DNA of 63,881 bases, counting the filler, from Folioceros fuciformis (lineage: Eukaryota): NCBI GenBank assembly GCA_049999805.1. It is 5 parts of 5 records of this genome, joined end to end, with 100 filler letters (N's around TTAATTAATTAA, not from the genome) between each part and the next. Parts side by side here need not be neighbours in the genome. Positions count along the whole stretch, not along the records: positions 43,232 to 56,864 come from JBNGIO010005950.1; positions 56,965 to 62,147 come from JBNGIO010005979.1; 3 more parts are not named here. One strand, written 5' to 3'. The position numbers and the translations under genes are program-made. Every line of letters begins with the position of its first letter. Position 1 is the first letter of the stretch. Positions 46,740 through 59,900 of the stretch are shown piece by piece. Under the pieces are notes generated by a model. It was not told where the DNA came from. It saw only the letters and a program-made list of their open reading frames with translations, and ran no database searches.

Positions 46740-49700
46740 GTCAGCATGGACATTGTTCCCCTTTCTTCCCACGTGGTGCCTTTGTTGTTCGAGGGGCAGC
46801 CTTTTGGGTNNNNNNNNNNNNNNNNNNNNNNNNNNNNNNNNNNNNNNNNNNNNNNNNNNNNNNNNNNNNNNNNNNNNNNNNNNNNNNNNNNNNNNNNNNN
46901 NNNNNNNNNCGCGAGATCAAGGTTGGAGTCTGCCAAGTTGGAGCAAGTCCATCAGGATCCCGCGAAGGCGCGTGTCAAGAGGTGTTTGTTACTTGGTCGG
47001 GTGGGGGAGTTTGCTAGAACCACCAGAGCCCTTCGGCCGGAGCCAGTGGTATTGGCCTCGGAGGAGACCATCGCCGCCCTCCGTGCTTTGCATCCAGGCC
47101 TAGGTGATCCCATCCCTCATGAGGTTTTGCAGTTTGTGCCTGAGGAGCCTTTTTGCCTTGATCGGGTTGTATTTGGTCGAGCTCTCGTCACCGCACCGAG
47201 ACTTTCCTCTGCTAGCCTATCCGGGATGGTTTCTGATCACCTCTGGGACTACTTTGCTTCGAAGGACCCTTTTAGTGGCTTCTCTGAGTTTTTTTTCCTT
47301 GGTAGCTACTGTGGCGCGGGGTGAGACTCCCCCTCGAATTGCTCTGGTTCTAGGCGCAAGCAGGCTTTTGGCTTTGGAGAAACCCAGCTCGGGAGTGCGC
47401 CTTATCATGGTGGGTGATGCATTCTTGCGGCTCATTAGCCTCAACATTGCTCTCCAACTCATAGAGCAACTTCAGGCCCACTTCAGCCCCCACCAATTTG
47501 AGATTGCTACCCCAGGGGGCTGTGAGGCAGTAGCCTTCGGGGTCAGAGCGGTCTTGGACCTGCATCGAGATTGGGTTGCCTTGCAGGTTGATGTGGAGAA
47601 TGCCTTCAACACCATCTCTAGGGTCATTATTTTCAACGAGCTGAAGGTTGCTTGCGGTCATTTGGAGTCTCTTTTCCCCTTTGTCCGCTCCTTCTAATCT
47701 AATCTCTACTTGCAACACGGGCCTATGGCGGATGAGGTCTCAGTGCTCGACTCAACAACAAGTACGCACTAGGGGAATTCCCTAGGAGGGGCTCTCTTTG
47801 CTATGACTCACTTCAGAGCCCTTTCAATTACCACTTCTGCGGTAGGGGGTTGTCTCTTGCCATCTGTGGCCGATGACACCGATCTCCTGGGTCTAGGGGA
47901 TAAGGTTAAGGAAGCTTTTCAGCTTTTCTCAAAGGAGCTCTTATGTTTGGGCCTACAAGTCAAGATTTCCAAGTGTAAGATTTGGTCTCCATCTAGTATC
48001 ACTCCATCTTTACAATTTTCGGAGGGGAACTTTGATTTTCTAATCGGGATCCGCGTCCTTGAGGTCCTTGTTAGCCCCCCCTTGACTTCATCAGCGAATT
48101 TGTGGATGCAGCTTTGACGGAGGATTTGGCACATATTAAGGACCTTCATCTGCTTGGGGACCCACAAGTGGCGTACAACATCCTCTCCACTTGCTTTGCA
48201 TGACACTCCAGAGACCTCATCCGCATGGTGCCTCCATCCCCAGATGTTCTTTCAAAACTAAGGGACTTCGATAAGCAGGTATTAAAGGAATTAGGGGACA
48301 TTGTTGGCCCGGGTTCATTTGATTGTACTGTAGGTGATTTGGCTAGGAGACATGCATCCCTACCCATTGCTTCAACGACATTAGGTTACTGGCCATCGAG
48401 GCCTCGGCGCCAGCTGCTTTTCTTGGTAGTTGGGTGCTCTTTGTCCCAGCTTTGGTGACTCGGTTCTTAATCGGAAACTCGGTCATTTTGGAGGGTTTTC
48501 TCACAGGATTTGAGGAGGGGCCATTCCCCTCCATGAGTCCCTTAGGAGGGCCCGGGATCTCTTATCCTTACAAGCTCGATTGGTGATGCCTTCTTTTTTC
48601 TCCTTCCTTTGTGTGAAAATCCTAGTAGTAGGATTTGCTTCTAATCTAGCATGATTAGGATTGCATCTAATCTAGCATGATTAGGATTGCATCTAATCTA
48701 GCATGATCAAGAAGCCTAGCATGATCAAGATGTCATGCTCAGAAAGATATTTTGTGTTTTATCTGCGGAAGGTGTATACAAAGTGTGTCTTAAATAGTCT
48801 CACTAGGTGTCTCTTCCTAAGAGGCACACCCATTCGTAATTATTAAACACTATTAATTATGGTCTACGGTAACTAGCTGGTTGGCAGGGTTATCGGCAAA
48901 TTATCCATTCCGTAATACTTTGTGGGGGTATGAGGGGGCTTTAGGGCACCCTCATGGAAAAGCATTATGGGTAAGAGCTGTAGGGGCCCTCATGCTAGAT
49001 TCCTCCATTGACAAGCAGGCTTGGGCCTGCCTTCAATCTTGTTCAGGGAAGGGTGCTGGCTCTTGGCTGTTGGGCTATCCATGCATCCATGCTTTCCGAA
49101 TTGCACCATCTTCTTTCTCTACCGCGATGAGGTTCCGCCTTGGCTTGGTCTAGTCGTTGGCCTGGTCTCTCTCTTCTTGTAGCTGTAGGGTCCCCCTCGA
49201 CGACCCTGGGAGCCACCTGGCGTGTTGCTCTATTTGCGGGCAGTGCATCGCCACCCATAATGTAGTGAGAGACGTTATGTTTTCTTTGGCCAAGGAGGGT
49301 GGCTACTTCCTTAAAAGGAGCGCCCTTACACGTTGCTAAACGACATCTCCCTCATTGTAGACTTTTTTTTGACCAAGGGGGACCAGGTTTCTATAGCGGA
49401 TATGGTGGTCACAAAACCTACGCAGACCCCCCGAGTTAGGTGGCAAAAGGAAGCGCGAGAAGGAAGACTTGCAAGTACAGGCCCATATAGCAGGGTTACT
49501 TATTCATTCCTCTTGCTATTGAAACGCATGGGGCCATGGGTAAGGATTTTTCGAGGTTTTTGAAGATATGCGCGGAGGCCCATCACATCAGTAGGAGCGG
49601 CGTAGGGCTTCCCCTATCTAGCGTGGTGGCATTTTTCTGGCAACGGGTTTCGATTGCGCTACAAAAGGCCTTGGCAAACGTGAATTTTTGGATGACATCA

Positions 49701-49860
49701 AGTGCGGCGGATGCGGCTTCAATGGCCCCAGTGGTAAGTAGGCCATATCTCGTACTTGAATGTGACATCTTAGGAGCAATAGGGAGTTACAGGTTAGACG
49801 AACTAGGGGGTTAAGCCCCCATTCTTTCCTTAAGCCCCCATTCTTTCCTTTTCCCTAATG
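46740..49860 (+). mobile_element. Degenerate non-LTR retrotransposon, CRE/MoTeR-like (RT, CCHC, RLE-type C-terminus)
   Basis: RLLALEKPSSGVRLIMVGDAFLRL, HQFEIATPGGCEA, QVDVENAFNTISR, G.SLGGALF, VADD, GAGSWL...RFRLG, CSC...HLACC...THNVVRD, PLAIETHG; many stops; interrupted at ~48600-48970. Confidence 0.75.
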
Positions 49861-50300
49861 TGGGTTGTTCCCCTTGTTACAGGGTAGATGGAATTTTCAT
49901 CTTTTTTATAAAATCTTAAAATATTAATAATTATTACAAATCCATCCTCCATAAAAGAAACTCCATCCTCCGTAAAAGGTTTTGCCTAGAACATACACCT
50001 TTTTTCCAAAGACAGCAAGCAGCTTCTTCATTAGGATAGTTATAGATTTAACTTTCACCTTTTTATTTTTATTTTTTACCTTATTTCATTTGTCACTATG
50101 AAGGACAGTAGAAGAAAATGAAAGGCATCTCAACATAAACAAAATCAGCACATTATTACATTAACCGAAACTACCACACCTAACACACGTGGTTGGACTA
50201 CATTGGAGGCCAGAAACAGTGCGATTTTTGAGGCCTGGAATGGGCCGGGCCGCATGGCGGGACGGACGCGGTTAAGATTCAATCCCGCCGCGTGGAAGCA

Positions 50301-50423
50301 CCTAGAAGGAGAAGTACTCCAGTCGGCTCGGTTCCGAGCCATCCAGTCGGTTCGGGAGAGTAGGAGCACTAGGGTGGAAGAAATAGGGCTGGAGTTCCAG
50401 AGCCTTCGGCCTCCTGTTTTTAA
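50301..50423 (+). promoter_or_regulatory. Heat shock element and TATA-like box of HSP70
   Basis: TTCcaGAGccTTC (50395-50407) just before TTTTTAAG; further GAA/TTC units upstream. Confidence 0.6.
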
Positions 50424-50629
50424 GCCGTTGCAGCCGTCAGAAGCCCTTGTCTCAGCGCTTTCTTTTGCTCTCTCCCTGCTCCTGACCTCGCTCTCGCTGG
50501 TGCAGCCCCTTGCTTGCCTGCTTGTTGTAGAGTCTTTCACTGTCCCTTCCCTTTTGCGCCCTTTTCGCCTCTGTTGCTTCTCGTTCCTCTCCCTCTCCTT
50601 CTCCTCCTCTCTTCCAGCCGATCATCTCA

Positions 50630-52708
50630 ATGGCGGGGAAGGGCGAAGGCCCTGCCATAGGTATCGACTTAGGAACAACCTATTCTTGTGTTGGAGTCTG
50701 GCAGCATGACCGCGTGGAGATCATCGCCAATGATCAGGGCAACCGGACTACCCCCTCCTACGTCGCTTTCACGGAGACTGAGCGTCTTATCGGCGACGCT
50801 GCCAAGAACCAGGTGGCGATGAACCCGATCAACACTGTCTTTGGTGAGTAGTTCCCTCTGGCCCTGTTCCTCTGGTTTCTTCTTCCCCTAGCATGTGCCA
50901 TGCCGTTGTTCTTCCGGATCTGAAAGAGTTCCGTTGTCCTGACTGCTGTCCTCTACGTGCCACCTGCAGACGCTAAACGGCTGATCGGTAGGAGGTTTTC
51001 TGATCCTTCCGTGCAGAGTGACATTAAGTTGTGGCCGTTCAAGGTTTCCTCTGGGCCTGGTGAGAAGCCGATGATCCATGTCCAGTACAAAGGAGAGGAA
51101 AAGACCTTTGCCGCTGAGGAGATCTCGTCCATGGTCCTGACGAAGATGAAAGAGATCGCCGAGGCCTTCCTCGGGACAGTCGTGAAGAACGCTGTTGTCA
51201 CCGTTCCCGCCTATTTCAACGACTCTCAGAGGCAAGCCACCAAAGATGCAGGCGTGATCTCAGGACTCAACGTCATGAGAATAATTAACGAGCCGACGGC
51301 GGCCGCCATCGCCTACGGTTTGGACAAGAAGGCGGCCAGCGTAGGGGAGAAGAATGTTCTCATTTTTGACTTGGGAGGTGGTACCTTTGATGTGTCTTTG
51401 CTGACGATTGAGGAAGGTATCTTTGAGGTGAAGGCGACAGCCGGAGACACACACTTAGGAGGGGAGGACTTCGACAACCGGATGGTGAATCACTTCGTGT
51501 TGGAGTTCAAGAGGAAGTACAAAAAGGACATCAGCGGCAACCCCAGGGCCTTGAGAAGGTTGAGGACCGCTTGTGAAAGGGCGAAGAGGACCTTATCGTC
51601 TACTGCACAGACAACCATCGAGATTGACTCTCTGTATGAGGGTACTGATTTCTATTCTACAATCACCCGGGCTCGGTTCGAGGAACTGAACATGGACATG
51701 TTCAGAAAGTGCATGGAACCTGTGGAGAAGTGTTTGAGGGATGCGAAGATGGATAAAAGCTCCATCCATGACGTGGTTCTCGTCGGAGGGTCTACTCGGA
51801 TTCCGAAAGTGCAGCAACTGTTGCAAGACTTCTTCAACGGGAAGGAGCTGTGCAAGAGCATTAATCCCGATGAGGCTGTGGCGTATGGCGCTGCTGTGCA
51901 GGCAGCCATCCTCAGCGGTGAGGGAAATGAGAAGGTGCAAGACCTCTTGTTGCTTGATGTGACCCCCTTGTCCCTTGGTCTGGAGACTGCGGGAGGAGTG
52001 ATGACTGTCCTCATCCCGAGGAACACCACCATTCCCACGAAGAAGGAACAGGTCTTCTCCACTTACTCAGATAACCAGCCCGGAGTACTGATCCAAGTAT
52101 ATGAGGGTGAAAGGTCGAGGACACGAGATAACAACTTGCTCGGAAAATTTGAGTTGTCTGGCATTCCTCCTGCCCCCAGAGGTGTGCCGCAGATCAATGT
52201 GTGTTTTGACATCGATGCCAACGGTATTTTGAATGTGTCTGCGGAGGACAAGACTACTGGTCAGAAGAACAAGATCACCATCACTAATGACAAGGGCAGG
52301 CTTAGCAAGGAAGAGATTGAGAAGATGGTTCAAGATGCCGAGAAGTACAAGTCTGAGGATGAGGAACACAAGAAGAAGATTGACTCAAAGAATTCCTTGG
52401 AGAATTATGCTTACAACATGAGGAACACTATCAAGGACGATAAGATTGGCAGCAAGCTGGAGGCATCCGAGAAAAAGAAGATTGAGGATGCTGTTGAGCA
52501 GACTATCCATTGGTTGGATCAGAATCAGCTGGCGGAGGCCGACGAGTTCGATGACAAAATGAAGGAGCTGGAGAGTATCTGCAACCCCATCATCGCCAGG
52601 ATGTATGCGGGAGGAGCGGGACCTGAAGGTGGGGCTGGTGCTTACGGAGCATCTGACGATGGGAATGTGGGCGGAGGCGCTGGCCCTAAGATTGAGGAAG
52701 TAGACTAA
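50630..52708 (+). CDS. HSP70: Cytosolic HSP70/HSC70, 2 exons (intron 50844-50969)
   Basis: [10 protein letters not shown], conserved intron at [24 protein letters not shown]-terminal GPKIEEVD. Confidence 0.99.
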
Positions 52709-53268
52709 ATTGTCCATTACCGTAGGGTCCGGTAGCAAATTTTGTTCAACCCTGCAGCGTTTCGTCAGTTCTGCTGCTTTGCTGCTGTAGATTGGAGCTG
52801 GAGACAGCACGAATTTTTATTTTTGATCTCTGAGGATCAGATTTGATAAAACTGATTGACATGCTTCAGCATTGATATTCAAGCAAAGAATCGGACATAT
52901 CTCGATTTTGGCTGCCACACGTTTCTCTCTCTATCAAACATGACATAACAATACAAAGCTATCTTAACATCGTGCTTTTTGATTTTCTTTCATAATGCAG
53001 CCGTACGCTATATAGCTTTCAAAAATATCTTCTCTGTCCACTGCTTCATTCATTCTACACCTGACAATTACGAGTCATGGTGAACGTTACCATACCTGAT
53101 GATGTACCGATACGCTGGCAAAGGCCGACATGTTGGCGAAGGGAAAAATAGAAAGCATCTGTGCATACTACCTGGCAATGGCAATGAGACTGCAATACAT
53201 CCATAATGAGTACCTTGACATAGCTAGCTAGCTAGCACCAACCGGGAGCAGCGTCGAGTAGGGGAAGA

Positions 53269-55103
53269 ATGGTGAAGAGGACGAGGCGAGTGGGCATAGT
53301 GGGAGCGGGAGTGAGCGGGCTGCTGGCCTGCAAGTACGTGTTACAAGAGGCAGCCAACGCAGGATGGGAGGTGACGGTGCTGGAGGCCCGGGAATGCGTG
53401 GGCGGCGTGTGGAGCAGCAGCTACTCAACGGCCCGCCTGCAGACCTCCAAGCAGCAGTACGAAATAAGCGACTTCCCGTGGCCGGAGGAGGTGCAGGAGC
53501 AGAATCCATGGCAGGAACAGGTGCAGGGCTACCTGTACTCGTACGCCAGGGCCTTCAAGCTGCTGCCGCACATCCGCTTCGGCAGCTCGGTGCAGGCCAT
53601 AGCGGCGTGGCGGGATCCGGAAGTGGAAGACACGGGCGTCGGGTGGCAGGTCCGGCTTGCGGACGGCCAGCTCCTGCACTTCCACTTTCTCTTCCTCTGC
53701 TGCGGCCTCTTCGGCGACCTGCCCCGCCCTCTGCCCATTCTCGCTGCCCAAGCTGAGGCTGCTTCTCAGTTCGCAGGCAAAGTGCTGCACGCGCTGGACT
53801 ACTGCCGGCTAGACGAGGCGGGAGTCCGCGCGCTCGTGGCCGGGCAGCGCGTGGTGGTGCTGGGATTCCAAAAAACCGCCATCGACGTGGCCCTGGAAGT
53901 GGCTGCCGCCAATCCGACGCTGGGCTGCACCCTGCTCTTCAGACGCGCGCACTGGCTGTGCCCCCCGAACAAGCTGGTGCTGGGCTTGCTTCCCCTAGGC
54001 CACCTCTTCTCCACCCGCTTTGCCCAGTTCTGGGTACGCCAGCCCGGCCAGGGCATCCTCCAGTCCGCCCTGCAGCACATGTGTGCTCCCCTGGTGAGTG
54101 TGTGAGTGATGTCTGTCTCTTGGATCGTGCCAGGCAATACGCAGACACTGCACTGCACTGCACTGTACTATGCCTCGAACTTCGTATCAGCTGCTGAGTT
54201 GACGGAATGCCTTGCAATTGCAGCGATGGCTGGTGTTCAGGGTGGCGGAATGGGGACTGCTCCTCCACTATCCAACAGGCAAAGGCAAAGACCAATGCTC
54301 CTACAGGAAGCTGCTGCGGCCGGAGCACCCCCTGTTGGAGGACTTGGCAGGCTGCATCCTGCCGCAGCTTCCTCCCACCTTCTTCACCAGCCTGGAGAAA
54401 GGAGCCATCCGCCCCATCAAGGCGGCCTCATGGACGCTGTCCGCCACCGGCATCACGCTCTCGGACCCTCACAGCACGCACCTGGAAACCGACGTGCTCA
54501 TCATGTGCACCGGCTACGACGGCGTCGGCAAGCTCCGCGCCCTGCTCCCCCAACCTTACCGCGACCGCCTCACCGGCTCCGACAACTTGCTCCCCCTCTA
54601 CAGGTAAAGTGTTCAACTGCAGCAAGCAAAAGCAACACCCGTCGCCTTCCTCCTCCCATTGCCGACCCGGCCCGGCCCAGCCCGCTCCATTCTCACCCCA
54701 TTTCTCTGTCGTGTGCTTTGCAAGCAGGGGCCTGATCCACCCCGACATCCCAGCCATGGCGTTTCTAGGCTACCAGGAAGGGCTGTCCACGGTTCACTCG
54801 TCGGAGCTGGGGGNNNNNNNNNNNNNNNNNNNNNNNNNNNNNNNNNNNNNNNNNNNNNNNNNNNNNNNNNNNNNNNNNNNNNNNNNNNNNNNNNNNNNNN
54901 NNNNNNNNNNNNNCTGTATTTCCATCTTGCACATCAAGCATGCCGACGAGCTGTGCCGGGACATGGGCTGGAGCGCGCGCCGGAAGCTGTCTGCCTGGGC
55001 CGACTTCTTCTCGCCCTACTCCAACGCCGACTACCGAGCTCCCAATCCCTCCTCCTCCTCTCCTCCGTCATCACGCACAAACATGCTCCCTTCGCTTCCA
55101 TAG
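53269..55103 (+). CDS. Flavin-containing monooxygenase, FMO1-like clade; at least 3 exons, spans an N gap
   Basis: FAD motif GAGVSG, GGVW, ISDFPWP, FMO motif FAGKVLHALDY, NADPH motif GFQKTA, CTGY, PLYR|GLIHP, C-terminal CIS...DELCRDMGW. Confidence 0.9.
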
Positions 55104-55286
55104 CTAGCGAGCCTCTTCCTGCCATGGTCGCCGATATGCCACACTCGTTATGTACTAATTACGGATCTCCATGCCCATATACGGCACAAACAAAGTTTAT
55201 TTTGCTGCCTACTCGATATAACAAGCGCCTGAATCCTCGCACATATAGGCTGCGATTGACACGGCTTGCATCCGGCTGCGGCAGTC

Positions 55287-56844
55287 ATGTCCATCTTTCA
55301 GCCCTTCCGGGCGCTGGGCCTCGTTTCCGACGGCCGGGCCTGGGCCATCCAGCGCCGGGGTAGCGAGACGTTCGTCACCCTCACCGTGGGCCATGCTTGG
55401 CAAATTTTCAGTGTACCGTACAAGCTTTGCTCTTTCGTTTTGCGAATTTTGACTGAGTGAGCGCGCGCTCCCTGTCTGCTTGCTTTCTACTCATTTGTTT
55501 CCCGCCCTGTTTGCAGTGCGCAAAACTCCAACTCATCATCGTCGGTCAGAACAATCACAAGCAACACCTATATTTTCACCTCTGGTACTGTGCTGTGCAA
55601 AACAAGTCAGGGATCCACAGCCTGAGCACCGAATTTGTACTTTGCCTTTGCAGGGCCTCAGTTACAGCATCGCATTCTCTCGCTGGCCACCGTTCGGGAC
55701 TTCACCTATGCTGCCACGGGCCGGAAGATTGCAGTCTTCAAGCGTGCCCACCTGGTAAGTGTTTTTTTCCCCCTTTTTCTTCGGCGTCCCTGTCTGCATC
55801 AACACACTTGCCCAGTAATTGTATCGGAATACCACCTGAACAGTTTCTCTTTTTTCCACGTACAAGGTGGCAGAATGGGAGGCCCATCAAAGCAAGGTCC
55901 TACATCTTCTGGCCTTCGGCAACCACATCCTGAGTTTCGACAAACAAGGACAAGTTTTTATCTGGCCCACCTCACAGGAGCAGGCAGATGATGTGAAGCA
56001 ACCTTCTGGAGGATTTCAGCTCAGGGCTGGCTTCACTCCCACCTGTATTGTGCACCCTGACACTTACCTGAACAAGGTGAATCCTCTGCGGCACTAAACC
56101 ATTCTGTGTTTGCTTGCCTGATCAGTGTTCAAAAGAGCACATGTGGATCTGTAGTGACTGCCTCCTAAACTTGCGTTGTTTAGTCAAAACTGGAGCTTTC
56201 TCATCTTCAGCGTAGTCATCTTCAGAGCTGACAGATCTGACGTGCATCAGGTGCTTATTGGAAGTGAGGAAGGGTCTCTGCAGCTGTGGAATATCAGCAC
56301 GCAAAAGCTGATATATGAATTCAAGGGATGGGAATCGCCTGTGTGCTCCTGCGTTTCATCCCCGGCATTGGATGTTGTAGGCATTGGGTGTGCTGATGGC
56401 CGGCTTCATCTGCACAACCTGAAGTATGATGAGACAGTTGTGACGTTTACACATACAACAAGGGGCCCTGTCACTGCCATCGCTTTCAGGACTGGTTGGT
56501 GACTAGCACATTTGTTTTGATGTCGCTGCAGTCAGTTGACATGTTGAGACACGGTGCAGAAATCTAAGCAAGGGGTTCCATGTCCTGCAGCATAGACATT
56601 CACTCACAGCTGTGATCCTCCAACTGACTTTTAGTATGCTGACACAGTACATTATTGAATTTGGTCAGATGGCCAGCCCATGGTTGCAGCTGGAGGAAAT
56701 GCTGGAGTGATCACTATCTGGAATCTGGACAAACGCAAATTGCAGACAGTAATTAAAGACGCCCATGACGGAGAGGTCGCAGGTCTTCACTTTTTGGCTA
56801 GTGAGCCTGTACTCCTCAGTGTTGCAAAGGACAACTCAATGAAG
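55287..56844 (+). CDS. UTP21: U3 snoRNA-associated protein 21 / WDR36 (5' part, cut by contig end)
   Basis: MSIFQPFRALG, HPDTYLNKVLIGSEEGSLQLWN, SSPALDVVGIG, AFRTDGQP, WNLDKRKL, DNSMK; sequence ends at the linker gap. Confidence 0.92.
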
Positions 56845-56964
56845 GTCCTGTTCATGGCATTACTNNNNNNNNNNNNNNNNNNNNNNNNNNNNNNNNNNNN
56901 NNNNNNNNTTAATTAATTAANNNNNNNNNNNNNNNNNNNNNNNNNNNNNNNNNNNNNNNNNNNN

Positions 56965-59900
56965 CCATTCTTTGACGGATATTCTTGGACCTCAGCTTCG
57001 TCCTCTTCAGGTATTGGTCCAATCTGAGCCACGTACTTGACATTCTGCTCTATGGGTGTTGCTATTGGTTTGCAACGAACCATTCCATAACGTTCAAGTA
57101 TCTGATTAGCATACTTTGTCTGATGCAGGAATATGGTGCCACTTTTGCGATCTCTTTGTAGCTGCATCCCTAGACAATAGACTAACGCTCCGCCAGCTGT
57201 AATCTTGAACTCATGAGCAAGCTGGTCCTTCAGATTGAAGATCATGTGTGGAGAGTTGCTCATCACAATTATGTTGTCGACATATATAGCTAAGGCAAGA
57301 AAATCCAACCTTTCACGCTTGATGTAAACATTGCTGACATGTCCAAGAGCTTGCAAGTACTAATCTATTCTTGAGTACCAAGCCCTAGGGCTTTGCTTAA
57401 GACCATACAGGGTCTTTTGTAGCTTGCACACTAGATCAGGCAGGCTGTGTGGAATAGGCACTCCAGCTAGTACTTGCATGTATATTTCTGCCTATAAATT
57501 TCCATATAGGAATGCTGTTGTAACATCTAATTGTTCTAGCTCATAGTCATTCACTGCAGCTAGAGCCACAAACAGGCGAAGTGTTGTAAGTTTGACTACT
57601 GGACTAAATGTGTCATCGTAGTCAACTCCAGGAATCTGGGAGTAGCCCTTGGCTACAACTCTAGCCTTGTATGTGTTAATACTGCCATCAGCTCTTAGCT
57701 TTATCTTAAATACCCATTTAGATCCTACAGCTTTGCGATGTGGAGGCAAGCTTGTTAGTATCCAGGTCTGATTTTCATACAAAGAATTTAGTTCAGAGTC
57801 TATAGCCTTTTGCCATAGCTCAGCATCTGGACATGAGAGGGCATCCTTGTATGTTGGAGGCTCATAGGCCTTCGAATATGCAGCCAAGCAGTAGGAGAGA
57901 TTAGACTTGGGATGTCGATTGTCTTCAGGAACATAATAATCTGGTGGTCTGCGCATTCTAGAGGACGAGCAAGGCTCGAGGTGAGCATGCTTGTCCTTCT
58001 CTGCTGTGCAGTGGGTCTGATTTCTTCCAGCTCATCCTCATCCACATTATCTAGATTAAATGTGACATGATTGGATGGCGAATCATAGAGGCTGCGGTTG
58101 ACCACCACTCGCCCTGGGGTTCGTGCTGGAGTATGAGAACGAGGCGACTGTACCACTGTTGGTGGCCAAACTGGGACAGCTGTTCTTTGAGGCTGAACCA
58201 CTGTAGGTGCTGGAACAGCTTCTGGAGCAGGAACCTGCTGAGGTGCAGGTATAGGTACAACCATATCGCCAACATACATTTCATCCTGATCATCTGATGA
58301 AGCATCATCCTCCAGTGGCTATATGTTTGCAGGTGCTCCCACTGTCTCACCAGACTCGACACCCTCTACGAAGACTACATCTTGTGAGTGAATAACCTTG
58401 CGTGTTGGTTTATGCAAGAGTTTGTAGCCTTTGATGCCCTATGAAAATCCTACAAAGATATAGGGCTTGGACTTGGGATCGAAATTCTTACGATGATCTT
58501 TGTGTACCTGTGCATACACTATAGATCCAAAGACATGCATGTGAGCTACGCTGGGCTTCATTCCCGTCCATAGCTCATAGGGGGTCTTGTCAGGCACAGC
58601 TCGGTGCTCTATTCGGTTCTGAATATATGTGGCATATGCCACGGCCTCAGCCCAATAAATTTTTGGTAAGTTCGCATACTGCAACATACTCGATGCTGAG
58701 GTCTCTAAGTCCACATTTTTATGCTCAGCAACTCCATTCTGCTGTGGAGTATTTGGAGTAGTGAGGTGTCTAACAATGCCATGCTAAACGCAGAAGGCCA
58801 TAAACTCTCCAGAAAGATACTCGCCTCCGTTATCTGATCGCAGCATCTTGAGTTTGTGACCAGTTTGGAGTTCAGCCCACGTTTTATACTCCAGAAAACA
58901 AGCATAAGTTTCAGATTTATGGCGCAAGAAGTAGACAACGCAGAAACGGGAATAATCATCAATAAAGGTAAGAAAATATTCCTTCCCTCCAACAGAATGT
59001 GGTAAGGGTCCACAGAGGTCACTGTGTACTAATCCCAGCAGTTGTGTGGCCCGTGTAGGAGGATCATTCGGAAATGGAGTCCGTTTATGCTTGCCTAGCA
59101 CACATGACGTGCATACCCCGAAATATTGCAGCTCATCAAGAGTAAGGCCATCAACCATGCGCTTCTTATACATATGGACAAGTTTTTGAAAGTTAACATG
59201 TCCTAGGCGTAAGTGCCATAAGTATGTGTTAGATGGGCGAGAGTGATGCAAAGTGGAAGTAGCAGATCCAGGTGATAAAGATCATCAGAATCGAGGTGAC
59301 CTGTGGCAAGTAGGGCACCTTCCTTCAATTCCACTACACACTTTCCACCACCGAAGCAAATGTAGTAGCCAGATTGATCAATCTTTCGAACTGACACCAA
59401 GTTCTTCGTCAATCCTAGTAGGTACAGCACATCTGAAATCTCCACATGTTGTGCTGGATGCAGGTCAAGTTGGATAGTTCCCTGACCTTGGATGTGATGC
59501 TTGGTGTCATCGCCCAAGCACACAAACTTTGCTGGATGGTTTTCTCTCATTTCTGTAAAGTAGGCTGCATGGGGTGTCATGTGCTGAGAAGCCCCACTGA
59601 CAATGTACCATGTGCTCTCTGATTGATTTGCATAACATGATACGACGTTGCAGAAATGTTGTTGTTGTTGCTGCTGTACAGGTGGAGAATTCACTGTGGG
59701 ACTGGTGCTTGTCAAGAAAGCTCGGTTGTATCTACTCATGGTGACAGCCAAGTGGCCTGAGGGGTTACTACTCTCTCCTGCCAGCCTTTTTCAACAGGTT
59801 TCCCAAGAATGATTAGTCATTCCACAATGCGTACATGGGGACTTTGGCCTTCCACCCCCAAAGTTTTGAGGACAAAATCCTCCTCTTCCACCCCTGCCTC

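Noticed and set aside
56145-56630. snoRNA-like stems in UTP21 introns (GATCTG/CAGATC; AGTCAGTTG/CAACTGACT)
   Set aside because: No properly placed box C; insufficient support.
56844-56965. UTP21 disrupted by a retrotransposon
   Set aside because: The break coincides with a TTAATTAATTAA contig linker, so it is an assembly join.
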